Of a stretch of DNA of 64,000 nucleotides, positions 1 to 9,704 are shown piece after piece. Below the pieces are notes generated by a model that was not told the DNA's origin, ran no database searches, and saw only the letters and a list, made by a program, of their open reading frames with translations. Position numbers and translations under genes: made by a program. The DNA comes from a virus, in IMG/VR virus record IMGVR_UViG_3300046501_000558, positions 17,478 through 81,477 of that record. One strand, written 5' to 3'. How positions within the stretch are numbered: position 1 is the stretch's first letter; the number at the start of each line of letters is the position of its first letter.

Positions 1-199
1 CGTAACGTAAATCTTGAACTCGATATACACGGCGACCTTCTTCAGCAGAGATTTCATTCAGGCCAATAACTTGAAAATTGTCTTGTTTAAAATATTCAAA
101 AGTCCCCATCTTTTCCAAACAAGTCAAGATCGTTGAAGCATTAACTAAATCGCCGAGTGTATCGATCAGCAAGAGGCCCGTTAAAAATCTGCGTTCCAT
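1..199 (-). CDS. Hypothetical protein, partial (runs off window start)
   Basis: ATG at 199 directly after the stop of the 200..562 gene; frame MERRFLTGLLLIDTLGDL... stays open to position 1. Confidence 0.6.
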   Translation of the reverse strand, partial: MERRFLTGLLLIDTLGDLVNASTILTCLEKMGTFEYFKQDNFQVIGLNEISAEEGRRVYRVQDLRY

Positions 200-562
200 T
201 TATTTCCCCTTAATAATTAGTTCGCCACGAACACGGCGAGCTAAATACAAATGTTTTGCTAACTTAAAAACCCGCATAGGGGTATTGATATATTCAATGT
301 CAGAAAACGAACGCGTATATCCGTAAAAAACCAAATGCAATTCGTCTTGTAAGTAAATTTGAAGCTCTTCAAAAGCTGGTGTTGTATCCCACCCTATTGC
401 ATACCACTCAACTGAACGGAACCAAAACATAAGATTTGGACCACCATCACGGGCAAAATCTTCAGGAAGGGCGTAACCCAACTTGATAAGCATTTCAGCA
501 GCGCGAACATGCAATTTCTTTGTAATACGCGGCTTTCTTTTGTTCTTCACTTTCAATGCCAT
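200..562 (-). CDS. Hypothetical phage protein
   Basis: 120-aa ORF tightly packed with same-strand neighbours. Confidence 0.65.
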   Translation of the reverse strand: MALKVKNKRKPRITKKLHVRAAEMLIKLGYALPEDFARDGGPNLMFWFRSVEWYAIGWDTTPAFEELQIYLQDELHLVFYGYTRSFSDIEYINTPMRVFKLAKHLYLARRVRGELIIKGK

Positions 563-564
563 CT

Positions 565-1041
565 TTATGCAACCGCAGTAACACCACGGATAATATGAAG
601 GACTGCTTCATATGCTTCACGTTGAGCCTTCCAATATTCCGTATTGTTGCTTTGTCCCATACGTAAAGCACACGTATCAATATGGCCTTTAATTTGATCC
701 GATATTTCTTTAATAGGATTTGCGAAAGTACTGTCTGATAAGTTCAAGAGCTTCAATTCAAGCTCTAATAATTTGGCATTAACAATTAAGTAACCCGCGA
801 TTTGTAAATCACTTTTTAGATCATAGAAATCTTTATATCGAGTAAAAGTAAAACCTGCGCCGTCCAGATAGTCTACTTTGATCTGTTTACCTGATGTGTC
901 ATAAACAATTGAGCCTGCTCGATCTTTATGAAAAGCGACAAAAATAGATTCTGTTTTTGAATCATTTTGAATAATTTTGGATAGTGTGGTTGTAATCCGT
1001 TTTGGATCTACAAGCTCAATAATCAATTTTGCATTAGACAT
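565..1041 (-). CDS. Hypothetical phage protein
   Basis: ORF 565..1110; start moved to MSNAK (1041) because the upstream part is an AT-rich operator-containing spacer. Confidence 0.6.
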   Translation of the reverse strand: MSNAKLIIELVDPKRITTTLSKIIQNDSKTESIFVAFHKDRAGSIVYDTSGKQIKVDYLDGAGFTFTRYKDFYDLKSDLQIAGYLIVNAKLLELELKLLNLSDSTFANPIKEISDQIKGHIDTCALRMGQSNNTEYWKAQREAYEAVLHIIRGVTAVA

Positions 1042-1172
1042 GGGTTTGATTCTCAATAAAACCCGTGCATTATATACATTTGTGTATATTTTTAAATACA
1101 ATTTATGCATTAATGTATTTTTATGCTTAAAAAAACCCTCTAGTGATTAAACTAAAGGGTTTATTTATGCAC

Positions 1173-3209
1173 TTATGCATTATAACTAGAGCCTAAACCT
1201 CCCGTTATGACATGAGCTAAATTACGGTCAGAAATATTTTGAGCAATCATTCCATCTTGCTTATTAATTACTACCTGCGCTTGTTGAGGTGCCGGGCTAT
1301 TCACTTTTGATAATTGATTAACTTGAGGTACTTGGAGTTTTTGACCCTTTGACGCTTGTGGGCTTGGTTTTGAATTAATTATGCCTCTTTGTTCTGGTAG
1401 CGCATAAGGGACTTTCACATCAGTTCGAACGTTTTTACTTGAGATGTTTGAATTGTTTTTATCTTGTAGTTGAGCATCAATGCTATCTCGATAGTTATAT
1501 TCCTTAGCAAGATGTTTTCGATAATCGAATGATTTCCCATTTCTTAATCTCGTTTGGCCGTATGCCCACTTCACAAAACGTTTACCCATCACCCGTGCAA
1601 TATCTTCCTCTGAAGCATTAGGGTTATTCTTTATATATTCTCTTACATCTGCATACTCGGGTTTTGTATCAATTTCTTGTTTCAAGTAAGCGCCTTGGGC
1701 ATTTAAAGCGGCTTGACCTCTAATAATATTACCATTGCCATCAATCAAGCCCCGTTGACTCATATAGTTGGCTAAACCCTGTCTACGCGGACCCTGCCAT
1801 GAAATCATGCCCATGTTTGTACCGCCAGCTTTATCCTGGTGTTTACCAAAAAGGTACTTATCTTGATAATCATTTTCTCGACCAATCGTCGCCGTAATAC
1901 CAGCGGCCCAATTTTCATTAAACCCTGCACCTTTCATGGCATTAAATACGGCCATCTGCTTTTCTTTGGTTTTGCGACCGATAGGAGAATTAGAAGCAGC
2001 AACGTCTGTGCCTATTGCACCACCAGAAAGGTTGTATGCTCCTTGGCTGGTTTTTTCCCATAGTGACTTCCCCCATCCCGCAATTGATTGAAATGGATGA
2101 GCCGCAAATTCTTTTGTACTTTTTCTAATTGATGAAATGGCATCGGTAAAGAGTTGACCAAAGTCGATTTTTTTCAGGTCATCAGTCCATTCACCAACTT
2201 TTTGACCAAATATACCGCCTAAATAAACCCCCAAACCGCCGCCAGCAATAGTTCCAACTGGTCCGAAAAAAGTACCTAAGGCAGATCCTACTAATCCCCC
2301 TACAATTTCCCCAATACCTTTCCCTTTCCCGCCTGAATTTAGCGTATTCCAATCTTTAGCCAGTAACCCTCCACCAATTAAGGCACCAAGCAAAGGTAAG
2401 CGTTTAAGCACGCCACGACCTAATTTAAGTAATCCTTTGCCTCTTCCTACACCTCCACCTAACAAACTAGATAATAGATCCGTTGGCTTTAAATGACTCT
2501 TAGCACCTCGCACCACATCAATTAACCGTTTAAGAAGCTTATTACGCTCCTTATCACTGGCTTCTTCACGGCGGTTAGATTTCGCTTGCTCATCAGGAAG
2601 TATTTCATCAGAACGTCGTTTACGCATACGACCACGAAATAAGCCTACCGCTTTACCTGTCATTTTAGAGAAAACAGACCCGACCGGTGATACAACATCT
2701 TTTAATTCTGTTAGCGCGTCTATTGTTGGATCATACCCATGTACATCACCATCGATACGACCAAAATTAACAATGTCTTTTACTTGGTTAATCAGGTTTC
2801 CATTGTCTTTGTTCTGCCCAATAAAACGACCTTTCTCGTCTCGTTGTCTCTCGCGTGAAGCTTGTGCCCGGTCTGAGGCGCTATTTGTTACCCGTGGTCG
2901 CTCAGAGGCATCCTGAGGTATAACAATTGTAGTTTTGCTTTCTTTATTGCTGTCTCTTACAGGTACTCTTCGCTGTGTAGGTTCATCACTTAGCTTGTTA
3001 TTATTCTCAGTGCTGTCAATCGCATCAATGACTCTGTTTATTACTCTATTAAAGCCCTGTCGGTCACTATCTACTGCCTCTTTTAAATTACTTACTAAGA
3101 CATTGAGAATGTTCTCTGTATTGTCACGTGTCTGATCAATACTCGCTGCCATTTCCTTGAATTGTTTTTCACCAACGATAAAACCTAAATCATCTGATTG
3201 AATTGCCAT
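1173..3209 (-). CDS. Tape-measure/Sit-like virion protein with phage tail lysozyme domain
   Basis: Gly-rich hydrophobic tape-measure-type segment (GGLVGSALGTFFGPVGTIAGGGLG) plus C-terminal AAGITATIGREN...GMISWQGPRR tail-lysozyme motif; late-promoter motif upstream. Confidence 0.7.
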   Translation of the reverse strand: MAIQSDDLGFIVGEKQFKEMAASIDQTRDNTENILNVLVSNLKEAVDSDRQGFNRVINRVIDAIDSTENNNKLSDEPTQRRVPVRDSNKESKTTIVIPQDASERPRVTNSASDRAQASRERQRDEKGRFIGQNKDNGNLINQVKDIVNFGRIDGDVHGYDPTIDALTELKDVVSPVGSVFSKMTGKAVGLFRGRMRKRRSDEILPDEQAKSNRREEASDKERNKLLKRLIDVVRGAKSHLKPTDLLSSLLGGGVGRGKGLLKLGRGVLKRLPLLGALIGGGLLAKDWNTLNSGGKGKGIGEIVGGLVGSALGTFFGPVGTIAGGGLGVYLGGIFGQKVGEWTDDLKKIDFGQLFTDAISSIRKSTKEFAAHPFQSIAGWGKSLWEKTSQGAYNLSGGAIGTDVAASNSPIGRKTKEKQMAVFNAMKGAGFNENWAAGITATIGRENDYQDKYLFGKHQDKAGGTNMGMISWQGPRRQGLANYMSQRGLIDGNGNIIRGQAALNAQGAYLKQEIDTKPEYADVREYIKNNPNASEEDIARVMGKRFVKWAYGQTRLRNGKSFDYRKHLAKEYNYRDSIDAQLQDKNNSNISSKNVRTDVKVPYALPEQRGIINSKPSPQASKGQKLQVPQVNQLSKVNSPAPQQAQVVINKQDGMIAQNISDRNLAHVITGGLGSSYNA

Positions 3210-3239
3210 AAATCTAGAACCACTTTTACTGATATAGGC

Positions 3240-3280
3240 ATTATCAGTCTTTAAAATTATGTGGCTTTTTCTAAGTTCCA
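3240..3280 (-). promoter_or_regulatory. Putative late promoter (TGGAAC-N29-GATAAT)
   Basis: One of eight copies with identical 29-bp spacing upstream of virion operons. Confidence 0.7.
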
Positions 3281-3438
3281 GACAAAAAAAAGCCTCACTA
3301 AAAAATTGGAGTGAGGCTTACTTTAAAACGTAAATTGGATATAGCCATGACCAAATGGCTATGATGCAATTTTACTAAACTTTATATAAATATAAAACGT
3401 ATTTTTTTACTTAACCCAAAGAAATAAAACAATTTTTA

Positions 3439-4392
3439 CTATTCCTCTAAATCTTCATCACTTACATCAGCGCCGTCGTCCATGGCTGCCATTTGCGCCC
3501 TTACATCTGCCATGACTTCCTCCTCCATCTGACCAGACTCAATGTACTCACGCCGTGTACGGACCATCCTTACTTGTTCGTCTAATTTACGTTTTTGGGC
3601 TTCATATGCTTCGTCGTCGTTTAGATCTTGCATACGATTACCTGTTTCGGGTTCTTTCAGATCTTCAGGTGTAAGACCGTAGAGAGCGAAATCAGACTTA
3701 TGCAGTTTTTCAATACTTGCGACCGTTAAATTGATTTTATCCAAAAATGACATATTGAGGTTTAAAGTCATTTCTAGATTCGATTTATCAATATCATTGC
3801 TTAATAGTCTGTATTGAACATTCGTCATAAGCTCTTTGGACAAAACAATATTGTCCAATGTATGAGCAAGAATAAGATGCGCTCTATCTGACAAATTACG
3901 AGCGCGTTTTATGACTTCGGCTTTATTTTTTTTACGATGTGTGTAGTTAGACAGTAACTTTTTGACTCCATCACCAGCAGCATTAATAATGTTCTGCCTC
4001 TTCTCATGATAGAGCGTGTCTGAGTTATACGCATCTAGCGCCATTTGCTGTTCATAATGTTGATTATCTTCGTGATTTTCCTCTTGCTCAGGTTCATTGC
4101 TTACACCGATCAAATCAAAGTACCCCCTACATCTTTGAATGATTTTTTCCAGTTTGGCCGTAGATAATTGCACTAAACTATCGGGGCGCAGCCATTTTTC
4201 ACGCTTTGCCCGAGCGACTACAGTAGATCTTGAGGGTAAATCGAAGATTTGGGTTGTATTTCGTACAATATCGAGTATTCGCTCAACACTACTTCCCCCA
4301 TCAGCTTCATAAACGGCGCGTATACATGCCCAAACATCATCTGAATAACGCTCTGTATTACTCTTCTTTGTCTTAGCTTGTACTTTTTGCAT
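3439..4392 (-). CDS. Putative terminase small subunit (PacA-like) or HTH DNA-binding protein
   Basis: N-terminal W..IRAVYE...PSRSTVVARAKREKW HTH pattern typical of small terminases; helical body with acidic tail. Confidence 0.45.
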   Translation of the reverse strand: MQKVQAKTKKSNTERYSDDVWACIRAVYEADGGSSVERILDIVRNTTQIFDLPSRSTVVARAKREKWLRPDSLVQLSTAKLEKIIQRCRGYFDLIGVSNEPEQEENHEDNQHYEQQMALDAYNSDTLYHEKRQNIINAAGDGVKKLLSNYTHRKKNKAEVIKRARNLSDRAHLILAHTLDNIVLSKELMTNVQYRLLSNDIDKSNLEMTLNLNMSFLDKINLTVASIEKLHKSDFALYGLTPEDLKEPETGNRMQDLNDDEAYEAQKRKLDEQVRMVRTRREYIESGQMEEEVMADVRAQMAAMDDGADVSDEDLEE

Positions 4393-4416
4393 TGGATTAG
4401 TCAGTATCGGTTAAAG

Positions 4417-5085
4417 TTATATTTGCTCAAGCTGAGCAGGTACGGGCTTGTTAAGCTGATCTCTTGTTATCGAGAGATTCATTTTTTCATAACCTTCAAC
4501 ATGCTCAACCATATTCAGTTCTATGGCTCGTTGATATTTAGCCATCATCGTTTCAAAAGCAATTACATGTGTTTGAAGTTCATGAGCGCCTTCAATTAAA
4601 TCGCCATATACACCCGAAAATGCTAAATCATTGGTATGCATTAATATTTCTTTTACCAAGTTCTTAGCAGCCATATGAAGCATTGCGCCCTGAAATCTAG
4701 GCAAGTTCTGCATCGTTTTTGACATAGAGTGGCTAATAACATCAGCAACTTCTAAGGCTGTACTTCTCATTGTTTCGAGTATTAGGCCATTGTGAGAAGC
4801 CGCTAGATTTGGCTCAATTTCATTACTGATTCCAAAGAGGAAATCGATACTGCATTTATATGCAAGACTTACTTTATAAAGTGTATGAGTCGAAATAGGT
4901 TTAGATCCTTTCTCAAGCTCAACAATTCGATTGAGTTGCTTTTCATCTTTATAACCAAAGATCAAATGCATTGCTTCAAATCGCGTCATGCCATGCCATA
5001 AACGTGCTCGCTTACAGTTTTCACCAATTAAGCGCTGTAAACGTTCTTTATCTACTGAGTCTCTATAAGTGATTGCTACAGTCAT
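4417..5085 (-). CDS. XRE-type HTH transcriptional regulator
   Basis: IGENCKRAR...IVELEKGSKPISTHTLYKVSLAYKCSIDFLFG HTH signature. Confidence 0.7.
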   Translation of the reverse strand: MTVAITYRDSVDKERLQRLIGENCKRARLWHGMTRFEAMHLIFGYKDEKQLNRIVELEKGSKPISTHTLYKVSLAYKCSIDFLFGISNEIEPNLAASHNGLILETMRSTALEVADVISHSMSKTMQNLPRFQGAMLHMAAKNLVKEILMHTNDLAFSGVYGDLIEGAHELQTHVIAFETMMAKYQRAIELNMVEHVEGYEKMNLSITRDQLNKPVPAQLEQI

Positions 5086-5568
5086 TTAGATTTCCAAATA
5101 AGCCTTAATTGTATCGATCGCATCTGCCACTGAGCGGCATACAACTACTTTGTTTCCTAACATTTGTAGTAAAGGAATTTGTTCAATTTGAGAGTCCAGA
5201 AAATCACCATCCTCTGTTTTACATTCCATCCATAGAGCGATAAAACCATGTTTACCGACTGGAAGTAGTAAATCTGGCGTGCCTGCTTTAACCCCCATTC
5301 TTTTGAGCCTAGCCGCTTCTGATTTACTTCTAAGGCCACCATTAGGAATATGCCTAATAATTTCAGATACTCGAAAACCCTTATATTTAAGGTATTGGCA
5401 CTCATTAATGATTTGAGTCTGAATTTCATCTTCAGACGGTTTCAAGCCTAACGCTGCACGCTCCTTAGGAGTAAGGCGTTTCTTTTTAGTTGTCCTTTTT
5501 AATTGATCCATGGGCTTTTTAAATGGGTCCAATTTGAAGCGTGGTTTTGAGTTCAATCTAACGCTCAT
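5086..5568 (-). CDS. VRR-NUC domain nuclease
   Basis: HIPNGG...GVKAGTPDL...WMECK VRR-NUC PD-(D/E)xK motif. Confidence 0.85.
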   Translation of the reverse strand: MSVRLNSKPRFKLDPFKKPMDQLKRTTKKKRLTPKERAALGLKPSEDEIQTQIINECQYLKYKGFRVSEIIRHIPNGGLRSKSEAARLKRMGVKAGTPDLLLPVGKHGFIALWMECKTEDGDFLDSQIEQIPLLQMLGNKVVVCRSVADAIDTIKAYLEI

Positions 5569-5783
5569 GATTGACCTGTCTTTTCTAAGTTTTGTTCTGA
5601 ACGGCGAAAAGCTAAATCATTCATTTTCTTGATCTGCTTTGGACTAAATTTTCTTTTTTGTTTAATTCTATGGGCTTTATATAACAATCCACAAATTATG
5701 ATGCGCCCAATATAGAAAAGAGCTTTAAGCCCTAGAACCCCCAACACAATTCCGAAGAAAAGAATGAATAAATTATCTTTCAT
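5565..5783 (-). CDS. Small membrane protein
   Basis: N-terminal hydrophobic helix and basic tail; stop overlaps next start. Confidence 0.55.
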   Translation of the reverse strand: MKDNLFILFFGIVLGVLGLKALFYIGRIIICGLLYKAHRIKQKRKFSPKQIKKMNDLAFRRSEQNLEKTGQS

Positions 5784-5872
5784 ATATCGCCTATATACAC
5801 TTATGTATAAATTATTTAATAATTATACATTAATGCATTTAAAATCATACATAATTGTATTTTATAGCGCAA

Positions 5873-5904
5873 AAAAAAGGCTACCCATTTGAGTAGCCTT
5901 TTTC
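5873..5904. terminator. Bidirectional intrinsic terminator
   Basis: AAAAAAAGGCTAC-CCATTTGA-GTAGCCTTTTT hairpin. Confidence 0.75.
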
Positions 5905-6036
5905 TGAATCTTTTTTAACGATGCCGTCAATGATAGCCGATTCATACTATCCATCGCACTTCAAGCCTTGCTTAATCTCAGCTTGCCCGAAGTTTTCACC
6001 GATGCAAGCTACATATGGTAATAGCTTGCAAAGCCA
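5873..6036 (-). ncRNA. Candidate small RNA (about 165 nt)
   Basis: TTGACT-N16-TATTAT promoter upstream, TGCAAGCTA/TAGCTTGCA and GATAG/CTATC stems, ends at terminator, no convincing ORF. Confidence 0.35.
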
Positions 6037-6165
6037 ATAATATACAATAATGCATATTAGTCAATACACAAATGCATAATTTTGCGATTCTGATAATTAA
6101 TTTAATAGATTGCTTAATTAAAAGAATTCTAATAATTTCTCAAAAGTAACAGAGGTCCTTAGCAT

Positions 6166-6777
6166 ATGCATACTTTTTATCATGTAAGTTATTCAAAACC
6201 CTACAATCATTTTCCTGATTTTATAGAAAACACACAAATTAAAATTGGTGAACAAATTAATCCTTTTTTTAATTATTTTTATAATACTAATGATATGCGA
6301 ATTGTACCCGCAGGTGGTCAGCAGCAAGAAGTACATTACTCGACTCTCCTAGAACATTTAGCAAAGGGTGAAGGAATTATTCAATATCCCCGTCCTGACG
6401 TAATTCTCCCTTATATGTACGGAAAATTCTTGGATTTATATAATTTAAATCGAGAGATGATTTTAGAAAATATTCGTTTGCAAGATTATCCTCATATGCC
6501 TTCACGAACGAAATGCTTGTGGGTAACTACAACGCCTGAAGAATGTGCGGTTTGGTATAGTCTTTTTTCTGATGAGGTTGATAAAAAACTCATAACTTTT
6601 GAAAGTGAAAATGAACCCAAGATTGTTGATAGTAAATTTGTACCTAATAAAAATGATTCATTAGCTGAAAAAGAAAGAAAAGCTCATGCCTATTGGTCTG
6701 GTGAAATGAGTGAATCACCTATGATTGAACATCTTTTTGTTGGAACTGCTACAGTTAAACGTATCGAAGCAGCGTGA
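6166..6777 (+). CDS. DUF2441-family protein (ADP-ribosyltransferase-like), moron
   Basis: FYHV N-terminus and E.IRLQDYPHMPSRTKCLW...AYWSGE...EHLF motif; opposite strand to neighbours. Confidence 0.65.
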   Translation: MHTFYHVSYSKPYNHFPDFIENTQIKIGEQINPFFNYFYNTNDMRIVPAGGQQQEVHYSTLLEHLAKGEGIIQYPRPDVILPYMYGKFLDLYNLNREMILENIRLQDYPHMPSRTKCLWVTTTPEECAVWYSLFSDEVDKKLITFESENEPKIVDSKFVPNKNDSLAEKERKAHAYWSGEMSESPMIEHLFVGTATVKRIEAA

Positions 6778-6818
6778 AAAGTATGAGGAATAAGGTTTAA
6801 GTCCTTATTCCCTCACCT

Positions 6819-7265
6819 CTAACGAGTAGCTTCTAATATTGATTGAGGGATACTCTTATCAACTTCTTGATTAGGTATTTCCTCACTTTGAACTAAATGC
6901 AATCCTTTAATAGTCATCCTCAATAATGCCATTTGTTCATTAGCTTGCTGTAATTTAGCCTCAGATGAGCTACACCTCAGCTTAAAAGAATCAATTTCTG
7001 ACTGCATTTGTGTCTTATATTCAGCTATAGCGCGTTTCTCAGCCTTAGCGACCGCTAAGCGTACCTTAGGATGCCAACTTAAATCATGATCTGACCAAGC
7101 ATATTTAGAGAATAGATCAAAAACACTTTTCTCATTTGTTTTGTTCAAGTACAAGATCTGAAAAAACAAAAAGCTAATACACCAAAACTTAGGCATATCC
7201 CGCAAATTAAACTCATGTTTCAGTTCAACACGTATACCCGTCCACCCGAAAAAGATAAGAAACAT
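6819..7265 (-). CDS. Hypothetical protein with coiled-coil C-terminus
   Basis: 148-aa ORF in minus-strand operon. Confidence 0.55.
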   Translation of the reverse strand: MFLIFFGWTGIRVELKHEFNLRDMPKFWCISFLFFQILYLNKTNEKSVFDLFSKYAWSDHDLSWHPKVRLAVAKAEKRAIAEYKTQMQSEIDSFKLRCSSSEAKLQQANEQMALLRMTIKGLHLVQSEEIPNQEVDKSIPQSILEATR

Positions 7266-7268
7266 GTA

Positions 7269-7667
7269 TTAATCCCGATCTATACAACGCCAGCCATTAA
7301 AATTCATCGTTCTATATGGGATACAGTCATTAAATGGATAGTATTCATATTCAATGCCTTTTCGTCTTAATAAGTTACTTCTTGAACTTGGTTTACGATT
7401 GGCTGAAAGGTTGTTACTGACAGGTTTTGAAGGTAGTTTGCTTACTGGTTTTAAAGGAAGGTTTTTAGGGCCAGAACTTACAGGTAAAGGGCTAATACTA
7501 CGGATAGTTGAGGGTTTAATTACTGTTACAGTAGGTCGGGAGGTTGAGACGGATGCCCGCGAAAAAGAACTAGATGCCCGTGATACTGAAACGGCTGCCA
7601 TTGCGGTCGTTGGTACTGCGACAAGTACAGCAAGAATTAAAGGTGTTAAACGATATAAACGGCGCAT
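7269..7667 (-). CDS. Exported low-complexity Ser/Pro/Lys-rich protein
   Basis: Signal peptide MRRLYRLTPLILAVLVAVPTTAMA followed by S/P/K-rich linker and Cys pair. Confidence 0.6.
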   Translation of the reverse strand: MRRLYRLTPLILAVLVAVPTTAMAAVSVSRASSSFSRASVSTSRPTVTVIKPSTIRSISPLPVSSGPKNLPLKPVSKLPSKPVSNNLSANRKPSSRSNLLRRKGIEYEYYPFNDCIPYRTMNFNGWRCIDRD

Positions 7668-7781
7668 ATTAGTCCTATTTAACGAATGTGATAAACAGGA
7701 CCTAATATATTTTCAGTTCAAATATAAAATTTAATGTAATTCCACGTATGAAATTCAGATTAATCAAAACATTTTTAAATT

Positions 7782-7826
7782 TATAACTCTGGGGTTATTG
7801 CATTAATATAACTCTGGGGTTATACT
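7782..7826 (+). promoter_or_regulatory. hicAB promoter with two operator copies
   Basis: TTGCAT(7798)-N17-TATACT(7821); two copies of TATAACTCTGGGGTTAT (7782, 7807), an imperfect palindrome overlapping the promoter. Confidence 0.7.
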
Positions 7827-7855
7827 AGCTACATCATGATTGATATGGTGATGTT

Positions 7856-8038
7856 GTGAAAAGCCAAGATTTGATCAAGATGATCGAAGCCGATGGTTGG
7901 TATCAAGTTAGAGTGAATGGTAGTCACCACCACTTCAAACACCCTTCAAAGTCTGGACTGGTAACGGTTCCACACCCAAAGAAGGATTTACCGCCAAAGA
8001 CTAGAGATAGTATCTTGAAGCAGGCAGGTCTTAAATGA
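7856..8038 (+). CDS. hicA: HicA mRNA interferase toxin
   Basis: 60 aa, GW..VRVNGSHHHFKHP..G.VTVPHPKKDLP...SILKQAGL. Confidence 0.95.
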   Translation: MKSQDLIKMIEADGWYQVRVNGSHHHFKHPSKSGLVTVPHPKKDLPPKTRDSILKQAGLK

Positions 8039-8088
8039 CCTGCCCTTTTAGGCTAGGCACTTCAAAGCCAATTTCGGAGATTAGAGAT

Positions 8089-8493
8089 ATGTATTATCCT
8101 GTTGCCATTGAAAAAGGTGATGAAAATAATGCTTTTGGTGTAACCGTACCTGATATACCAGGATGCTTCTCTGCAGGAGATACTTTTGAAGAAGCCATCA
8201 AAGGTGTTAAAGAGGCCATCGCAGGGCATTTAGAGCTACTTGCTGAAGAAGGTGATGAGATTCCTCTTGCATCGAATGCAAGTAAATTTATAGATCTTGA
8301 AGAGTACCAAGGCTATATATGGGCTGTTGTTGATATAGATGTTGGACGTTACTTAGGTAAAGCTGAAAAAATCAATGTCACTTTACCAAGTCGCCTCATT
8401 CATATGATCGATGACAAAGTAAAAGCAGATGCTCGCTTTAAAAGCAGATCAGCTTTTTTAGCGGCTAGTGCTGAGCAACTATTAAAAGCATAA
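8089..8493 (+). CDS. hicB: HicB antitoxin
   Basis: MYYPVAIE...FGVTVPDIPGCFSAGDTFEEA and C-terminal RHH (KINVTLP...SRSAFLA). Confidence 0.95.
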   Translation: MYYPVAIEKGDENNAFGVTVPDIPGCFSAGDTFEEAIKGVKEAIAGHLELLAEEGDEIPLASNASKFIDLEEYQGYIWAVVDIDVGRYLGKAEKINVTLPSRLIHMIDDKVKADARFKSRSAFLAASAEQLLKA

Positions 8494-8518
8494 AAAATGC
8501 CCTAACAGGGGCATTTTT
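8493..8518. terminator. Intrinsic terminator after hicB
   Basis: AAAAAATGCCC-TAACAG-GGGCATTTTT. Confidence 0.7.
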
Positions 8519-8580
8519 ATGTTTCTGATCCAAAGTACTGAATTGCTGTCTATCACAATCTTAGACAGCAATTTTTTTGG

Positions 8581-8955
8581 TTAAACTATGTCAAAATTAT
8601 TCATAATTTCCTTAATTTCACGTTTAACAAACTCTGTTGCCCATACCATAGGCTGATTACCCGTCTTTAAAGCATTCTGATACTTATCTGCCATCATAAG
8701 AAAATTACCCTTCAACCTTGACACCATCAACGTTTCACGCATTTTAAGATTTGATATTTCCTCTTCTAATTCTGTGATTTTTGCTAGTGCTTTTTCTGGA
8801 TCTGTCCAAGGATTAGTAAAGCAAACACCGTCATACACACAAACTTTTTGCTCGGCACATACCCACGGCGCACCTGATGAACATTTACCTATAGCTTTGC
8901 CCCATGTTTCATGATCTTCACTATGTAAATCTGCCTCACAAGGTTTTAAGCTCAT
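8581..8955 (-). CDS. Hypothetical Cys-containing phage protein
   Basis: 124-aa ORF in minus-strand operon. Confidence 0.6.
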   Translation of the reverse strand: MSLKPCEADLHSEDHETWGKAIGKCSSGAPWVCAEQKVCVYDGVCFTNPWTDPEKALAKITELEEEISNLKMRETLMVSRLKGNFLMMADKYQNALKTGNQPMVWATEFVKREIKEIMNNFDIV

Positions 8956-8973
8956 TTCAAAGTTCTCTATATT

Positions 8974-9186
8974 TCATAGGAGGCTCACAGGTATTTTAAA
9001 AAAGACGTTAGATGATCCGGTATATACTTTGTCTTTAGAATCCTTAGCACTAATGACCGTTGCATATTTGCCTTCTTTCAAAGCAACAACCTTTAATGTA
9101 CCGCATGGGTTCCATGCTTTATTCGTTGTTCCTACGCGATCCCCGACTTTCCAAGCACGTGATTGATTTATAACTTCAAGATTCAT
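8974..9186 (-). CDS. Small hypothetical protein (SH3-like WKVGDRV start)
   Basis: 70-aa ORF overlapping neighbour by 4 nt. Confidence 0.55.
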   Translation of the reverse strand: MNLEVINQSRAWKVGDRVGTTNKAWNPCGTLKVVALKEGKYATVISAKDSKDKVYTGSSNVFFKIPVSLL

Positions 9187-9620
9187 TCTTTGCTCAACTC
9201 TGGCTGTGTTAAACGTGCTTTAAGTTCTTCAAGCTTTGTGGGGTTTTCTATACGCCAATCACTCCAACTTTCATGAGTTTCTACATGATTAACCCATGTC
9301 GGATGCTCTTTATATTCGATTTCCCCATGTTGACAGCGAATAATGCCATCGTCTTCCTGAGCTTGCTCATCACGATCAAGTTTTAATGATTGAAGTTCCT
9401 CATCGCCCATATCCTCAAGTTCATCTTCAAAGATATAATTATAACGATGCTCTTCACAGTAAAAGCCTCCGCAATGTTGGGTATGGCTTGGATTTTCACA
9501 GCATGCATACCCCATACCCCGATCAATTTCGTTTAAACAACCTGAATGATCACAAAATGCAGGCACGCTGTATCCTTGAAAACGTCCGTTCTGTTCGTAA
9601 ACCCCATAACCCATATACAA
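9183..9620 (-). CDS. Hypothetical Cys/His-rich phage protein
   Basis: GYSVPAFCDHSGC..EIDRGMGYAC...CGGFYCEEH possible Zn-binding motif. Confidence 0.65.
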   Translation of the reverse strand: MYMGYGVYEQNGRFQGYSVPAFCDHSGCLNEIDRGMGYACCENPSHTQHCGGFYCEEHRYNYIFEDELEDMGDEELQSLKLDRDEQAQEDDGIIRCQHGEIEYKEHPTWVNHVETHESWSDWRIENPTKLEELKARLTQPELSKE

Positions 9621-9704
9621 ACCTATTAAATTGAAATAAAAACCATGGCAAAAAAATAATAAGGTGGTATCTCACTTGAAATACCACCTCTCAGAAACTA
9701 AATG

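Noticed and set aside
7354-7734. 126-aa plus-strand ORF
   Set aside because: Antisense shadow of the low-complexity exported protein 7269..7667
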